The notes beneath the pieces were generated by a model. It saw nothing but the letters and a program-made list of their open reading frames with translations, made no database searches and was not told the DNA's origin. Shown here piece after piece: positions 28,451 to 39,496 of a stretch of 64,000 nt of DNA (the stretch's first letter is position 1; each line of letters opens with the position of its first letter). The translations under genes were made by a program, and so were the position numbers. This stretch comes from an uncultured Bacilli bacterium (GTDB taxonomy: Bacteria > Bacillota_I > Bacilli_A > RF39 > UBA660): contig CALVYD010000007.1 in assembly GCA_944371995.1 (NCBI GenBank), positions 100 through 64,099 on the forward strand. Reading direction: 5' to 3'.

Positions 28451-28521
28451 GTGCACATAAAAGTTGACTATTAAGGCTGCTACCTCCCGGTCCTGACCTG
28501 GTTCTAGTACTTTTATTGCAC
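28451..28521 (-). ncRNA. ffs: small (4.5S-type) SRP RNA
   Basis: Minus strand GTGCAATAAAAGT-ACTAGAACCAGGTCAGGACCGGGAGGTAGCAGCC-TTAATAGTCA-ACTTTTATGTGCAC. The core matches the SRP domain IV consensus (CCAGGUCAGGUCCGGAAGGAAGCAGCC) with a GGGA tetraloop. A closing helix and a U-rich tail follow. Confidence 0.8.
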
Positions 28522-28528
28522 TATAGAT

Positions 28529-28557
28529 ATTTTAATATAAACAATGTTATTTGTAAA
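28529..28557 (-). promoter_or_regulatory. promoter for ffs (and possibly tadA)
   Basis: Minus strand TTTACA-17 nt-TAAAAT, 7 nt before the first G of the SRP RNA helix. Confidence 0.5.
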
Positions 28558-28579
28558 CAGTTTTTTGATTTCATTAATA

Positions 28580-28595
28580 TGTTCCACGTGGAACA
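28580..28595. promoter_or_regulatory. parS site 1: TGTTCCACGTGGAACA (perfect palindrome)
   Basis: Matches the Firmicute parS consensus TGTTNCACGTGAAACA. The palindrome extends to ATGTTCCACGTGGAACAT. Confidence 0.8.
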
Positions 28596-28690
28596 TTGCG
28601 CATAAGTTAGTAATATACAATAAAACAAAGAATAAAATTTAATAATAAGCAAATAATTAATATGTAATCATAACACAAAAGAAAAATTGA

Positions 28691-28706
28691 TGTTCCACGT
28701 AAAACA
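28691..28706. promoter_or_regulatory. parS site 2: TGTTCCACGTAAAACA
   Basis: One mismatch to consensus. Flanks extend the palindrome (TTGATG...CATCAA). Confidence 0.7.
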
Positions 28707-28844
28707 TCAATTGCACCTTGTAAAAAGATTAACTTTAAATAAAAAAACAATAAACTCAAATAAAAGTACTAATTACATAAATAAAGAAAATAATTTATAC
28801 ATATAATTATCAATAAATTAGCAAAAAATCTAACAAACAAAATA

Positions 28845-28860
28845 GGTTTCACGTGGAACA
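28845..28860. promoter_or_regulatory. parS site 3: GGTTTCACGTGGAACA
   Basis: One mismatch (first base) to TGTTTCACGTGGAACA. Confidence 0.7.
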
Positions 28861-28988
28861 TATATTTTTATAAATCATTAACAACACTATATAAATATAT
28901 TTCTTACAATAATAAATAGGTATTCTCAATTACATATAAAAAAGTTACAAAAATTATAAAAACCAAAAATCAACAAACTATATTATAA

Positions 28989-29004
28989 TGTTCCACGTGA
29001 AACA
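28989..29004. promoter_or_regulatory. parS site 4: TGTTCCACGTGAAACA
   Basis: Exact match to the B. subtilis parS consensus 16-mer. Confidence 0.85.
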
Positions 29005-29070
29005 TTACAAATAATCTTACCTAAATAAAAAACACTATAATTTAAAAGAAACAAGTATATTGACTAACTA

Positions 29071-29086
29071 TATTTCACGTGGAACA
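29071..29086. promoter_or_regulatory. parS site 5: TATTTCACGTGGAACA
   Basis: One mismatch (position 2). Confidence 0.7.
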
Positions 29087-29245
29087 TAAAATATTAAATA
29101 TAAAATTAACATATAAAAGATCTAATCAAGAAATTACATTATAATAAAAGTTAAAATTAATCATTTGATTATTCTATCAAAGAATATAAAAATATTTCTA
29201 AATATACAATTAACAAAATCATATTAAAATTAAAATGATATATAA

Positions 29246-29261
29246 TGTTCCACGTGGAACA
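29246..29261. promoter_or_regulatory. parS site 6: TGTTCCACGTGGAACA (perfect palindrome)
   Basis: Palindrome extends to ATAATGTTCCACGTGGAACATTAT (29242-29265). Confidence 0.8.
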
Positions 29262-29441
29262 TTATATTTTATACATAAAATAAACAATGAATGTAATAAG
29301 AAATAATACTTCTAATTTTTTAATAAAAATGAAGCAACCAAATTTATTAAAAAAATTCAAACTAAGAAACAAAATGAAAGAAAATATATTACCATATGAA
29401 CATTAAGAACATATTACTTAAAAAAATCTTAAGTTTCACAT

Positions 29442-29457
29442 AAAACATATAAATTAT
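29442..29457. promoter_or_regulatory. degenerate parS-like site AGTTTCACATAAAACA
   Basis: Three mismatches. Possibly a decayed seventh repeat. Confidence 0.3.
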
Positions 29458-29476
29458 CATAAAAAACAAATTAATT

Positions 29477-29485
29477 TTATCCACA
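29477..29485 (+). promoter_or_regulatory. perfect DnaA box TTATCCACA in the gyrA-ffs spacer
   Basis: Exact consensus 9-mer. A TTTTCCACA box follows at 29585-29593. Confidence 0.55.
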
Positions 29486-29543
29486 ATAAGAATATAAATA
29501 AAAATAATAATAATCTGTTTTTATTCGCAGTTTACGTTTAATT

Positions 29544-29557
29544 ATTTCCCGGGAAAT
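29544..29557. promoter_or_regulatory. Noc-binding site (NBS) palindrome ATTTCCCGGGAAAT
   Basis: Exact NBS consensus inside the 22-bp palindrome AATTATTTCCCGGGAAATAATT (29540-29561), identical to the copy at 21800-21821. Confidence 0.75.
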
Positions 29558-29659
29558 AATTTCCCAAACAATTTAGAAATGTATTTTTCCACAGTTAAAA
29601 CGCAAAAGATGAAATTACGATAAATAAAAACATAGATAAATCAATAGTTTATTAACGCA

Positions 29660-29690
29660 AATAAAAAACGAGAAACAAATTATCTCGTTT
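29660..29690 (-). terminator. rho-independent terminator after gyrA
   Basis: Minus strand ACGAGA-TAATTTGTT-TCTCGT followed by TTTTTTATTT. Confidence 0.65.
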
Positions 29691-29707
29691 TATTACTAAA
29701 AATAATT

Positions 29708-32248
29708 TTAATTATTTTCATCATTGTTTGATTTTTCCACAATATCTGAATTTTCTATTTGCGTATTTTCTACATCTGAATTTGTGCTTTCCACAGTTTG
29801 ATTTTCTTCGCTATTTTCTTCATTTTCGCTCATCTCTTCTTTTTCCACAACCGCAACCGTAGATACTTTTTGATCATCTTTCAAATTAATCAATCTAACA
29901 CCTTGTGTTGCTCTCTTTAACGTAGAAACCTGCTCTAATGGTAATTTTATAATCGTACCACTATCGGTAATAATCATTAAATCGTACTCACCATCAGCAT
30001 CAACACAATCCAAAGCAACCATCATACCATTCTTCTCAGTGATATTTAATGCTTTAACACCTTTACTTCCACGATGAGTTAAACGATATTCCTCAATTTC
30101 TGATTTCTTTCCATATCCATTTTCTGTAACAATAAGAATTAATTGACCTGGCTTAATTACTTCTGCTCCAATAACTTTACTTTCCTCAAGTTCAATACCT
30201 TTAACACCAGAAGCACTACGTCCCATGACACGAACCTCATCTTCATTAAAACGAACCATACGACCGTTATTAGCACCAATTGCTATCTCATCATTACCAG
30301 TAGTAACACCAACATAGATTAATTCATCATCATCTTTTAATCCAATAGCAATCTTACCACTCTTACGTATATTATCAAACTCAGAAAGCTCTGTACGTTT
30401 TACTAAACCTTGACGAGTAACAAATACTAAATACTTATGTTCTTCATTATCAGCAGATAGCGATATTATCGAATTAATGTTCTCGTTTTTTTCTAATGGT
30501 AATAAATTAATAATTGGTAATCCTTTAGATTGTCTACTAAATTCTGGAACTTCATAACCTTTCATACGATAAATTCTACCTTTATTAGAGAAGAATAGAA
30601 TATAATCATGGGTTTTCATTGAAACCAATTGCTCTACAAAATCCTCCTCATTAGTAGACATACCTTTAATACCTACTCCACCACGATTTTGAGTCTTATA
30701 AGTATCAGATTTTAATCTCTTAATATATCCTTTATTAGTTAAAGTAACAATAATATCTTCAACAGGAATTAATGACTCGTCTTCAATATATTCAATTGCA
30801 GTCATATCAATATTTGTACGACGTTCATCTCCATATTTATTCTTAATTTCTATCATTTCGTCTTTAATAATTTGTAATACTTTAGCTTCACTTGCTAATA
30901 TTGATTTTAATTCTTCAATTTCAGCAAGTAATTCTTGTAACTCATTCTCTATTTTATCTCTTTCCAATCCAGTTAAACGTCTTAACTTCATTTCCAAGAT
31001 AGCTTGAGCTTGAGCTTCAGATAATTTATAGTTATTTCTAAGGCCAATCATAGCTTCTTCATCGTTTTTAGCCGATTTTATCAACTGAATAATCTCATCA
31101 ATATGATCCAGTGCAATTTTTAATCCTTCTAAAATATGCGCTCTAGCTTCATCTCTAGCTAAATCAAACTTAGTACGACGAATAATAATTTCCTTTTGAT
31201 AATCAATATATTTAGAAATAATATCTTTTAATCCTAATGTTTTTGGAACACCTTGATCAAGCATTAAGAAAATAATTCCATAATTTGTCTGAAAAGCAGT
31301 ATGCTTATATAAATTATTAAGAACAACCTGAGGATTAGCATCTTTCTTAAGAGTAATCGTAATCTTAATACCATCTTTTAAATCCGTATGATAATCAGTA
31401 ATTCCATCAATTACTTTATTATGAACAAGTTCAGCAACCTTATTCTTTAATTCTAATGTATTAATACCATAAGGAACCTCATCCACAATAATATAATGTC
31501 TTCCATTTTTCTCTTCAATTCGTGCTTTACTACGAATAGTAATACTTCCTCTACCCGTTTCATAAGCCTTTCGAATACCACTATTACCTAAAATAGTAGC
31601 TCCTGTTGGAAAATCAGGACCTTTAATATATTGCATCAATCCATCAACATCAATATCAGGATTATCAATATAAGCAATACATCCATCAATGACCTCTTTT
31701 AAGTTATGTGGAGGAATGTTAGTAGCCATACCAACAGCAATTCCCATGGTACCATTAACTAAAATATTAGGAAATCTAGAAGGTAAAATTTCAGGTTCTT
31801 TTTCAGATTCATCAAAGTTTGGAATAAAATTAACTGTATCTTTATTAATATTTCTTAATAACTCCAACGAAATCTTAGATAATCTGGACTCAGTATAACG
31901 CATTGCTGCAGCACCATATCCCTCAATATTACCAAAGTTACCATGACCATCAACTAACATATAACGATATGAAAAGTCCTGGGCCATTCTAACCATAGCT
32001 TCATAAATACTAGAATCACCATGTGGATGATATTTACCCATGACATCTCCAACGATTCTAGCACTCTTTTTATGAGGTTTATCAGGTGTATAACCAGATT
32101 CATACATAGAATATAAAATACGTCTATGAACAGGCTTTAAACCATCTCTCAAGTCAGGTAAGGCACGAGAAACAATAACACTCATAGAATATTCAAGGAA
32201 AGAATCCCTTACTTCATTAACTATATTATTTTTTTCTAACTTATCCAT
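29708..32248 (-). CDS. gyrA: DNA gyrase subunit A (with acidic Glu/Asn/Ser-rich C-terminal tail)
   Basis: ...[18 protein letters not shown]..., active-site region AAMRYTE, GyrA box QRGGVGIKG-like (NRGGVGIKG), beta-pinwheel repeats. Confidence 0.97.
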   Translation of the reverse strand: MDKLEKNNIVNEVRDSFLEYSMSVIVSRALPDLRDGLKPVHRRILYSMYESGYTPDKPHKKSARIVGDVMGKYHPHGDSSIYEAMVRMAQDFSYRYMLVDGHGNFGNIEGYGAAAMRYTESRLSKISLELLRNINKDTVNFIPNFDESEKEPEILPSRFPNILVNGTMGIAVGMATNIPPHNLKEVIDGCIAYIDNPDIDVDGLMQYIKGPDFPTGATILGNSGIRKAYETGRGSITIRSKARIEEKNGRHYIIVDEVPYGINTLELKNKVAELVHNKVIDGITDYHTDLKDGIKITITLKKDANPQVVLNNLYKHTAFQTNYGIIFLMLDQGVPKTLGLKDIISKYIDYQKEIIIRRTKFDLARDEARAHILEGLKIALDHIDEIIQLIKSAKNDEEAMIGLRNNYKLSEAQAQAILEMKLRRLTGLERDKIENELQELLAEIEELKSILASEAKVLQIIKDEMIEIKNKYGDERRTNIDMTAIEYIEDESLIPVEDIIVTLTNKGYIKRLKSDTYKTQNRGGVGIKGMSTNEEDFVEQLVSMKTHDYILFFSNKGRIYRMKGYEVPEFSRQSKGLPIINLLPLEKNENINSIISLSADNEEHKYLVFVTRQGLVKRTELSEFDNIRKSGKIAIGLKDDDELIYVGVTTGNDEIAIGANNGRMVRFNEDEVRVMGRSASGVKGIELEESKVIGAEVIKPGQLILIVTENGYGKKSEIEEYRLTHRGSKGVKALNITEKNGMMVALDCVDADGEYDLMIITDSGTIIKLPLEQVSTLKRATQGVRLINLKDDQKVSTVAVVEKEEMSENEENSEENQTVESTNSDVENTQIENSDIVEKSNNDENN

Positions 32249-32262
32249 TCTATCCTACCTCC

Positions 32263-35309
<3,047 letters not shown>

Positions 35310-35432
35310 TCAGACTTAAAAAAAAGACCCATATAATCACCTATCCCCTATTTCGGTATTCCTATACATACAGTAATATTATAGCATAAAATGACCAAAT
35401 AAGATAGTAAAAAGTGATTTTATGAATCATTT

Positions 35433-35882
35433 TTATAAATTTGATTTTCTCTTTCTCATCATAAAATCTAATCTAGAAGCTCTAGATATTTGATTTTCTA
35501 AAGTACGATAGGAAACTGGAACAATAATTTCCTTATTATTATCAAAAATAACTTTGGTATTACTATTATCTATTCTTTCAAAATTCTTAACTCTCTTCAA
35601 AGAAATCCAAATACAATCATCTGATTTTGGTGATGTAGTTGGAAAAACAATTAAATTATCAGTATCTTCAACAATAACAGGAACTTTATATTCAGCACCT
35701 AAAATAAATCTAGCACTATCTTTTCTTCCTTCATAAGTACTACCAAAATACCTACAACTTTCTTCCATAATTTGAAATGGAGACTGTTCTATCAAAAAAC
35801 GATCCTCATCTTCATAAACCAAACTACTTTCATTTTCATTAGGCATAATAGCTAATGTTCCCTTATTAATTTCATATTCCAT
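35433..35882 (-). CDS. comK: ComK-family competence transcription factor
   Basis: Start ATG 35882 with AGGAGGGGG upstream. EINKGTLAIMPNE, QIMEESCRYFGSTYEGRKDSA, KVPVIV, LIVFPTTSPKSDDCIWISLKRVKNFE and VPVSYRTLENQISRASRL align block by block with B. subtilis ComK (EVNGATIAVLPEE, QIVDRSCRFFGSSYAGRKAG, FLFPTLS...CGWIS, LPISYNSFENQVYRTAWL). Confidence 0.8.
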   Translation of the reverse strand: MEYEINKGTLAIMPNENESSLVYEDEDRFLIEQSPFQIMEESCRYFGSTYEGRKDSARFILGAEYKVPVIVEDTDNLIVFPTTSPKSDDCIWISLKRVKNFERIDNSNTKVIFDNNKEIIVPVSYRTLENQISRASRLDFMMRKRKSNL

Positions 35883-35985
35883 AAAATTTCCCCCTCCTAA
35901 ACATGAAATTGTCACTAGAATAACAAAAGAAATTGTAGAGATTTGTCACTTTCTGTAACATCTCATATATATTATTAGAGAAATT

Positions 35986-36020
35986 TAAAAAAAAACTCCA
36001 AATTTTTGGAGTTTTTTTTA
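35986..36020 (-). terminator. rho-independent (bidirectional-looking) terminator after dnaN
   Basis: ACTCCAAA-(2 nt)-TTTGGAGT flanked by an A-run and a T-run. Confidence 0.7.
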
Positions 36021-36022
36021 TT

Positions 36023-37150
36023 TTAATAAGTACGAATTGGTAAAACTAGTTGTGTTAAAGTATCATCCTCACTAGATTTTATTAAAATTGGTTTAATTTC
36101 TCCAACAAAATGAATATCAACAGTTTCTGTGGAAAAGCTTTTTAAAGCTTCCATCATATATTTAGCACTAAATGAGATTTTAATATCCTCATCATTATTC
36201 TTAGTAATAGGCATCTTCTCTTCTACTCTACCTATTTCAACAGAAGAACTCTTAAGTACTAATATATCCCCTCTAGTTTCCAATGTAACGATGTTTTTCT
36301 CTTTATCGCTAGTTAATATACTAACACGATCAATTACGTCGTAGAAGGCATTTAAATTAGTACTAACAACTAAATAAGAACTATCAGGTAATAAATTAGA
36401 AGTATTTGGATAAGTACCATTAATTAAACGAGATTCAAATTTTAAATTTCCTGTCTTAAACAATATCTTATTATTAAAGATATGTAATTCTATATCCCCA
36501 TCTTCTTCATCAATAATTCTAGAAAACTCTAAAATATTATGACTAGGTATAACAATATTATAATTTTCTTCACTTGCTCCAGTTAATTTAACAACTTTTC
36601 TAGCTAAACGATAAGAATCTGTAGAATTACACTCTAATACATCCCCTACTATATTAAAGTTAATACCAGTAAGTACAGGTTTACTTTCTTCATTAGAAGA
36701 AGCAAATGCAGTCTGATTAACAATATCTTTAAATACAGAAGCATTAATACTAACTTTCTTCTTACTTTCTTCTAACCCTATATTAGGATATTCACTTTCA
36801 CTAATACCATTTAAATTAAATTCACTATTTTCTGTGTAAATTAAAATCTTTAATTCATCAATAACCTCTATATTAATATATTTATCAGGTAATTTACGAA
36901 CAATATCTAAAATATATTTACCCTGAATAATAATACTACCCTCTTGCTCTACTTTAAAATCTTCATCATTCGTAGCTTCAATCATCGTTTGAATAGTAAT
37001 ATCATTATCACTAGCAGTTAAAGTTAATCTTTTCTTTTTTAATTCAAACTTAATACCAGCTAATACGGGAATTAAGTTCTTAGTAGAAATAGCTTTAGAT
37101 ACCTTATTTAGTGCATTCAATAATAAATCTTTTTTAATTGTTAATTTCAT
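36023..37150 (-). CDS. dnaN: DNA polymerase III subunit beta (sliding clamp)
   Basis: MKLTIKKDLLLNALNKVSKAISTKNLIPVLAGIKFEL..., 375 aa, three-domain clamp pattern. Confidence 0.95.
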   Translation of the reverse strand: MKLTIKKDLLLNALNKVSKAISTKNLIPVLAGIKFELKKKRLTLTASDNDITIQTMIEATNDEDFKVEQEGSIIIQGKYILDIVRKLPDKYINIEVIDELKILIYTENSEFNLNGISESEYPNIGLEESKKKVSINASVFKDIVNQTAFASSNEESKPVLTGINFNIVGDVLECNSTDSYRLARKVVKLTGASEENYNIVIPSHNILEFSRIIDEEDGDIELHIFNNKILFKTGNLKFESRLINGTYPNTSNLLPDSSYLVVSTNLNAFYDVIDRVSILTSDKEKNIVTLETRGDILVLKSSSVEIGRVEEKMPITKNNDEDIKISFSAKYMMEALKSFSTETVDIHFVGEIKPILIKSSEDDTLTQLVLPIRTY

Positions 37151-37282
37151 ATATATTCCTTCTTTCTTTTATTATTATTTTTATTATTACTGTGGAAAAC
37201 AGTGTAAAACTTATTTTATGCAATCTCATCAATGATTTTATCATATTTTTTCTTGTGGAAAAAGTCAAGTTTTTCCAATTTT
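37151..37282. other. oriC part 2 (dnaA-dnaN spacer): DnaA boxes plus an AT-rich candidate unwinding element
   Basis: TGTGGAAAA at 37191-37199 and 37254-37262. Uninterrupted A/T stretch TTATTATTATTTTTATTATTA at about 37169-37189. Confidence 0.7.
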
Positions 37283-38662
37283 TTACACAACTCCAATATC
37301 TTTTTTTAATTTTTCTATAATATTTGCTAAATCTTTATTAACTTTTATTTCTTTTTCAATTTTTTCTACAGAGTGCATAACTGTAGTATGGTCTTTTCCA
37401 CCAAATTCTGTTCCAATTTTAGGAAAAGATTCATTAGTCATAGTTCTACAGAGGTACATTGCAATCTGTCTTGGAAAAGAAATATTAGAACTTCTCTTTT
37501 TACTACGTATATCTTCAACAGAAATTTGGAAATATTCGGATACAATTTTTTGTATTCGTTGAATATCGTTCTTTTCACCCATTCCTTTACTGATAAAATC
37601 TTTTAAAGCTTCTATTGCCAAATCTAGAGTAATTTCAGCACCACCCATGATAGTAGAATAAGCAATTAATCTAGTAATAGAACCCTCTAATTGTCTAACA
37701 TCAGTACCAATATTAGACGCTATATACTCTACTACATCATCAGGAATTTCTTTTTCAAAATTACCAGCAATTATCTTTTTCTTTAATATTTCTGTTCTAA
37801 GTGCAAAGTCTGGAGGAAAAATATTGACTGTTAATCCCCAGCAAAACCTTGTTCTTAAACGATCTTCCAGTAATTTCAAATCGTCTGGAGAACGGTCTGA
37901 TGAAATAATAATTTGTTTACTATCATTATATAAAGTATTAAAAGTATGAAAAAATTCTTGTTGTGTTTGTGTAGCACCACCTAAAAACTGAATGTCATCA
38001 ATAATAAGTACGTCTATATTTCTATATTTATTTTTAAAGAAATCAACATAATTAAAGTTTGTTCCCTTATCATCTTTCTTATTAATACCAATAAAATCTT
38101 GAATAAATTGATCCGATGTAACATACAGCACTCTTCTATTACTATTTTCGGTAATATAGTTACCAATTGCGTGCATTAAATGCGTCTTACCTAACCCGCT
38201 ATTACCATAAATAAACAAAGGATTATACATATTACCAGGATTTTCAGCAACCGATAATGCCGCAGCATGAGCAAATTTATTACTATTTCCAACAATAAAG
38301 TTATCAAAGGTGTATTTACTCTTTAAATTAGATTGAATTTGATGATTAGGAACGCCAGCTTCCTCACTTTTTACTTGGAATTCTTCTATATCCCCTACTT
38401 TTTCCTCTTCTTCAATCTCTTCTTTTAATAAAAAAACAAGTTCAAAATTAGTACCGGTAATATCATTTAAATGGTTTAAAATTAATTCTGAATAATTATC
38501 TGCTAAATGTTTTTTGTGTATTGGCATAGGAACAATAATATAGGCCTTTCCATTATCCAATTTATATAATTTAGTATCTATAAACCATGTTTCAAAAGAA
38601 AGTGAGGTTAAGTCTTCTTTAACTTCAGTTAGAAATTTTGACCATAAAATATCTACATTCAT
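37283..38662 (-). CDS. dnaA: chromosomal replication initiator protein DnaA
   Basis: MNVDILWSKFL..., Walker A GNSGLGKTHL, IDDIQFL, C-terminal DNA-binding ...FGGKDHTTVMHSVEKI. Start trimmed to ATG 38662. Confidence 0.97.
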   Translation of the reverse strand: MNVDILWSKFLTEVKEDLTSLSFETWFIDTKLYKLDNGKAYIIVPMPIHKKHLADNYSELILNHLNDITGTNFELVFLLKEEIEEEEKVGDIEEFQVKSEEAGVPNHQIQSNLKSKYTFDNFIVGNSNKFAHAAALSVAENPGNMYNPLFIYGNSGLGKTHLMHAIGNYITENSNRRVLYVTSDQFIQDFIGINKKDDKGTNFNYVDFFKNKYRNIDVLIIDDIQFLGGATQTQQEFFHTFNTLYNDSKQIIISSDRSPDDLKLLEDRLRTRFCWGLTVNIFPPDFALRTEILKKKIIAGNFEKEIPDDVVEYIASNIGTDVRQLEGSITRLIAYSTIMGGAEITLDLAIEALKDFISKGMGEKNDIQRIQKIVSEYFQISVEDIRSKKRSSNISFPRQIAMYLCRTMTNESFPKIGTEFGGKDHTTVMHSVEKIEKEIKVNKDLANIIEKLKKDIGVV

Positions 38663-38769
38663 TCGACCATCTCCCCACAAGCAAAATTGATACCAATAGT
38701 TTAGCTCAAAATGTGTAAAAAAGAAATAGAAAAATTAAAAAAAAAGTAATTCACACACAATACACAATA

Positions 38770-38888
38770 AAATCCACAATCAGATAGTAAGTATATATAA
38801 GGAAAAATAAACTTTTCCACATTTTCCACAAATTTAAATACACACTTGCGAGTAAAATAAATCACAACCCTGTGGATTATGTGGAAAA
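38770..38888. other. oriC part 1: DnaA-box cluster upstream of dnaA
   Basis: AAATCCACA 38770-38778, tandem TTTTCCACA 38813-38821 and 38822-38830, and inverted TGTGGATTA 38871-38879 and TGTGGAAAA 38880-38888. Confidence 0.8.
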
Positions 38889-38915
38889 GAAAAAAATAAA
38901 AAAAATAACTTATGA

Positions 38916-38945
38916 TTGACAAAAATGTGATATTATTATTATAAT
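38916..38945 (+). promoter_or_regulatory. sigma-A promoter of the rpmH-rnpA operon
   Basis: TTGACA-18 nt-TATAAT, about 30 nt before the rpmH RBS GGAGGTGG. Confidence 0.6.
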
Positions 38946-38976
38946 AATGTAGATTTATGTCTGGAGGTGGAAGAAG

Positions 38977-39099
38977 ATGAAAAGAACATATCAACCAAAT
39001 AATCGTAAAAAATCAAAAAAATTAGGTTTTTTCGCACGTAAGAAAACAAATATATTAAATCGTCGTCGTCGCAAAGGTCGTAAAAGTCTTTGTAAATAA
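38977..39099 (+). CDS. rpmH: 50S ribosomal protein L34 (40 aa)
   Basis: Below the track cutoff. MKRTYQPNNRKKSKKLGFFARKKTNILNRRRRKGRKSLCK, GGAGG RBS. Confidence 0.92.
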   Translation: MKRTYQPNNRKKSKKLGFFARKKTNILNRRRRKGRKSLCK

Positions 39100-39102
39100 T
39101 TT

Positions 39103-39128
39103 ACCGCTGCCTAAAACAGTGGTTTTTT
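39103..39128 (+). terminator. terminator/attenuator after rpmH
   Basis: ACCGCTG-CCTAAAA-CAGTGGT followed by TTTTT. Confidence 0.55.
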
Positions 39129-39148
39129 ACTTATGAAAAGGTGATTAC

Positions 39149-39496
39149 ATGAAAAAAATGTATATAGTAAAACATCAATATGATTTTGATAGAATAATAA
39201 AAAAAGGGTACAAAAACAAAAATGATATATTTATAGTATATTCCATGCAAAATAATCTAAATTATGCAAGATATGGAATTTCGGTAGGCAAAAAACTAGG
39301 AAATGCTGTATATAGAAATAGAAAAAAAAGACAAATACGTTCTATCATAGATAATTTTGAAAAAGACTATGTAAACAACAAAGATTATATTATAATATTA
39401 AGAGAGAAGGGAAAAAATTTAGACTATCAAACACTAAATCAAAAGTTAAAGTCCCTTATAATGAAGGAAAGGACGAAAAATGAAAAAGCAAAATAA
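39149..39496 (+). CDS. rnpA: ribonuclease P protein component
   Basis: 115 aa, basic. ...GISVGKKLGNAVYRNRKKRQIR (RNR motif). Confidence 0.9.
   Translation: MKKMYIVKHQYDFDRIIKKGYKNKNDIFIVYSMQNNLNYARYGISVGKKLGNAVYRNRKKRQIRSIIDNFEKDYVNNKDYIIILREKGKNLDYQTLNQKLKSLIMKERTKNEKAK

Noticed and set aside
29287-29403. 38-codon plus-strand ORF (MNVIRNNTSNFLIKMKQPNLLKKF...) inside the parS spacer.
   Set aside because: It has no RBS, its Lys/Asn-rich composition is what AT-rich DNA would be expected to encode, and it runs opposite to the replication-coordinated gene orientation on this side of oriC.
28579-29457. A regularly recurring palindromic repeat in non-coding DNA looked at first like a small CRISPR array or a REP/MITE family.
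   Set aside because: The conserved unit is only 16-18 bp. Spacings are irregular (82-175 bp) and the intervening DNA is AT-rich low-complexity sequence. No cas genes or leader are present. The unit matches the parS consensus almost exactly, so it is interpreted as ParB sites.
28431-29707. An rRNA/tRNA operon was expected downstream of gyrA, as in B. subtilis.
   Set aside because: There are no stretches with rRNA-like GC content or conserved 16S/23S/5S/tRNA motifs. The only structured RNA recognisable is the small SRP RNA.
38701-38994. 97-aa minus-strand ORF from the track in the dnaA-rpmH spacer.
   Set aside because: It runs across the DnaA-box cluster, the rpmH promoter and the rpmH start. 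It has no RBS and a composition typical of translated AT-rich non-coding DNA. It is spurious.
38977-39099. L34 is 40 aa, about 4 residues shorter than the usual 44-46 aa.
   Set aside because: The N-terminal MKRTYQPNNRK and C-terminal RRRRKGRK blocks are intact, and the gene has a good RBS and promoter. A small internal deletion in a basic loop is unremarkable, so it is not reported as a finding.
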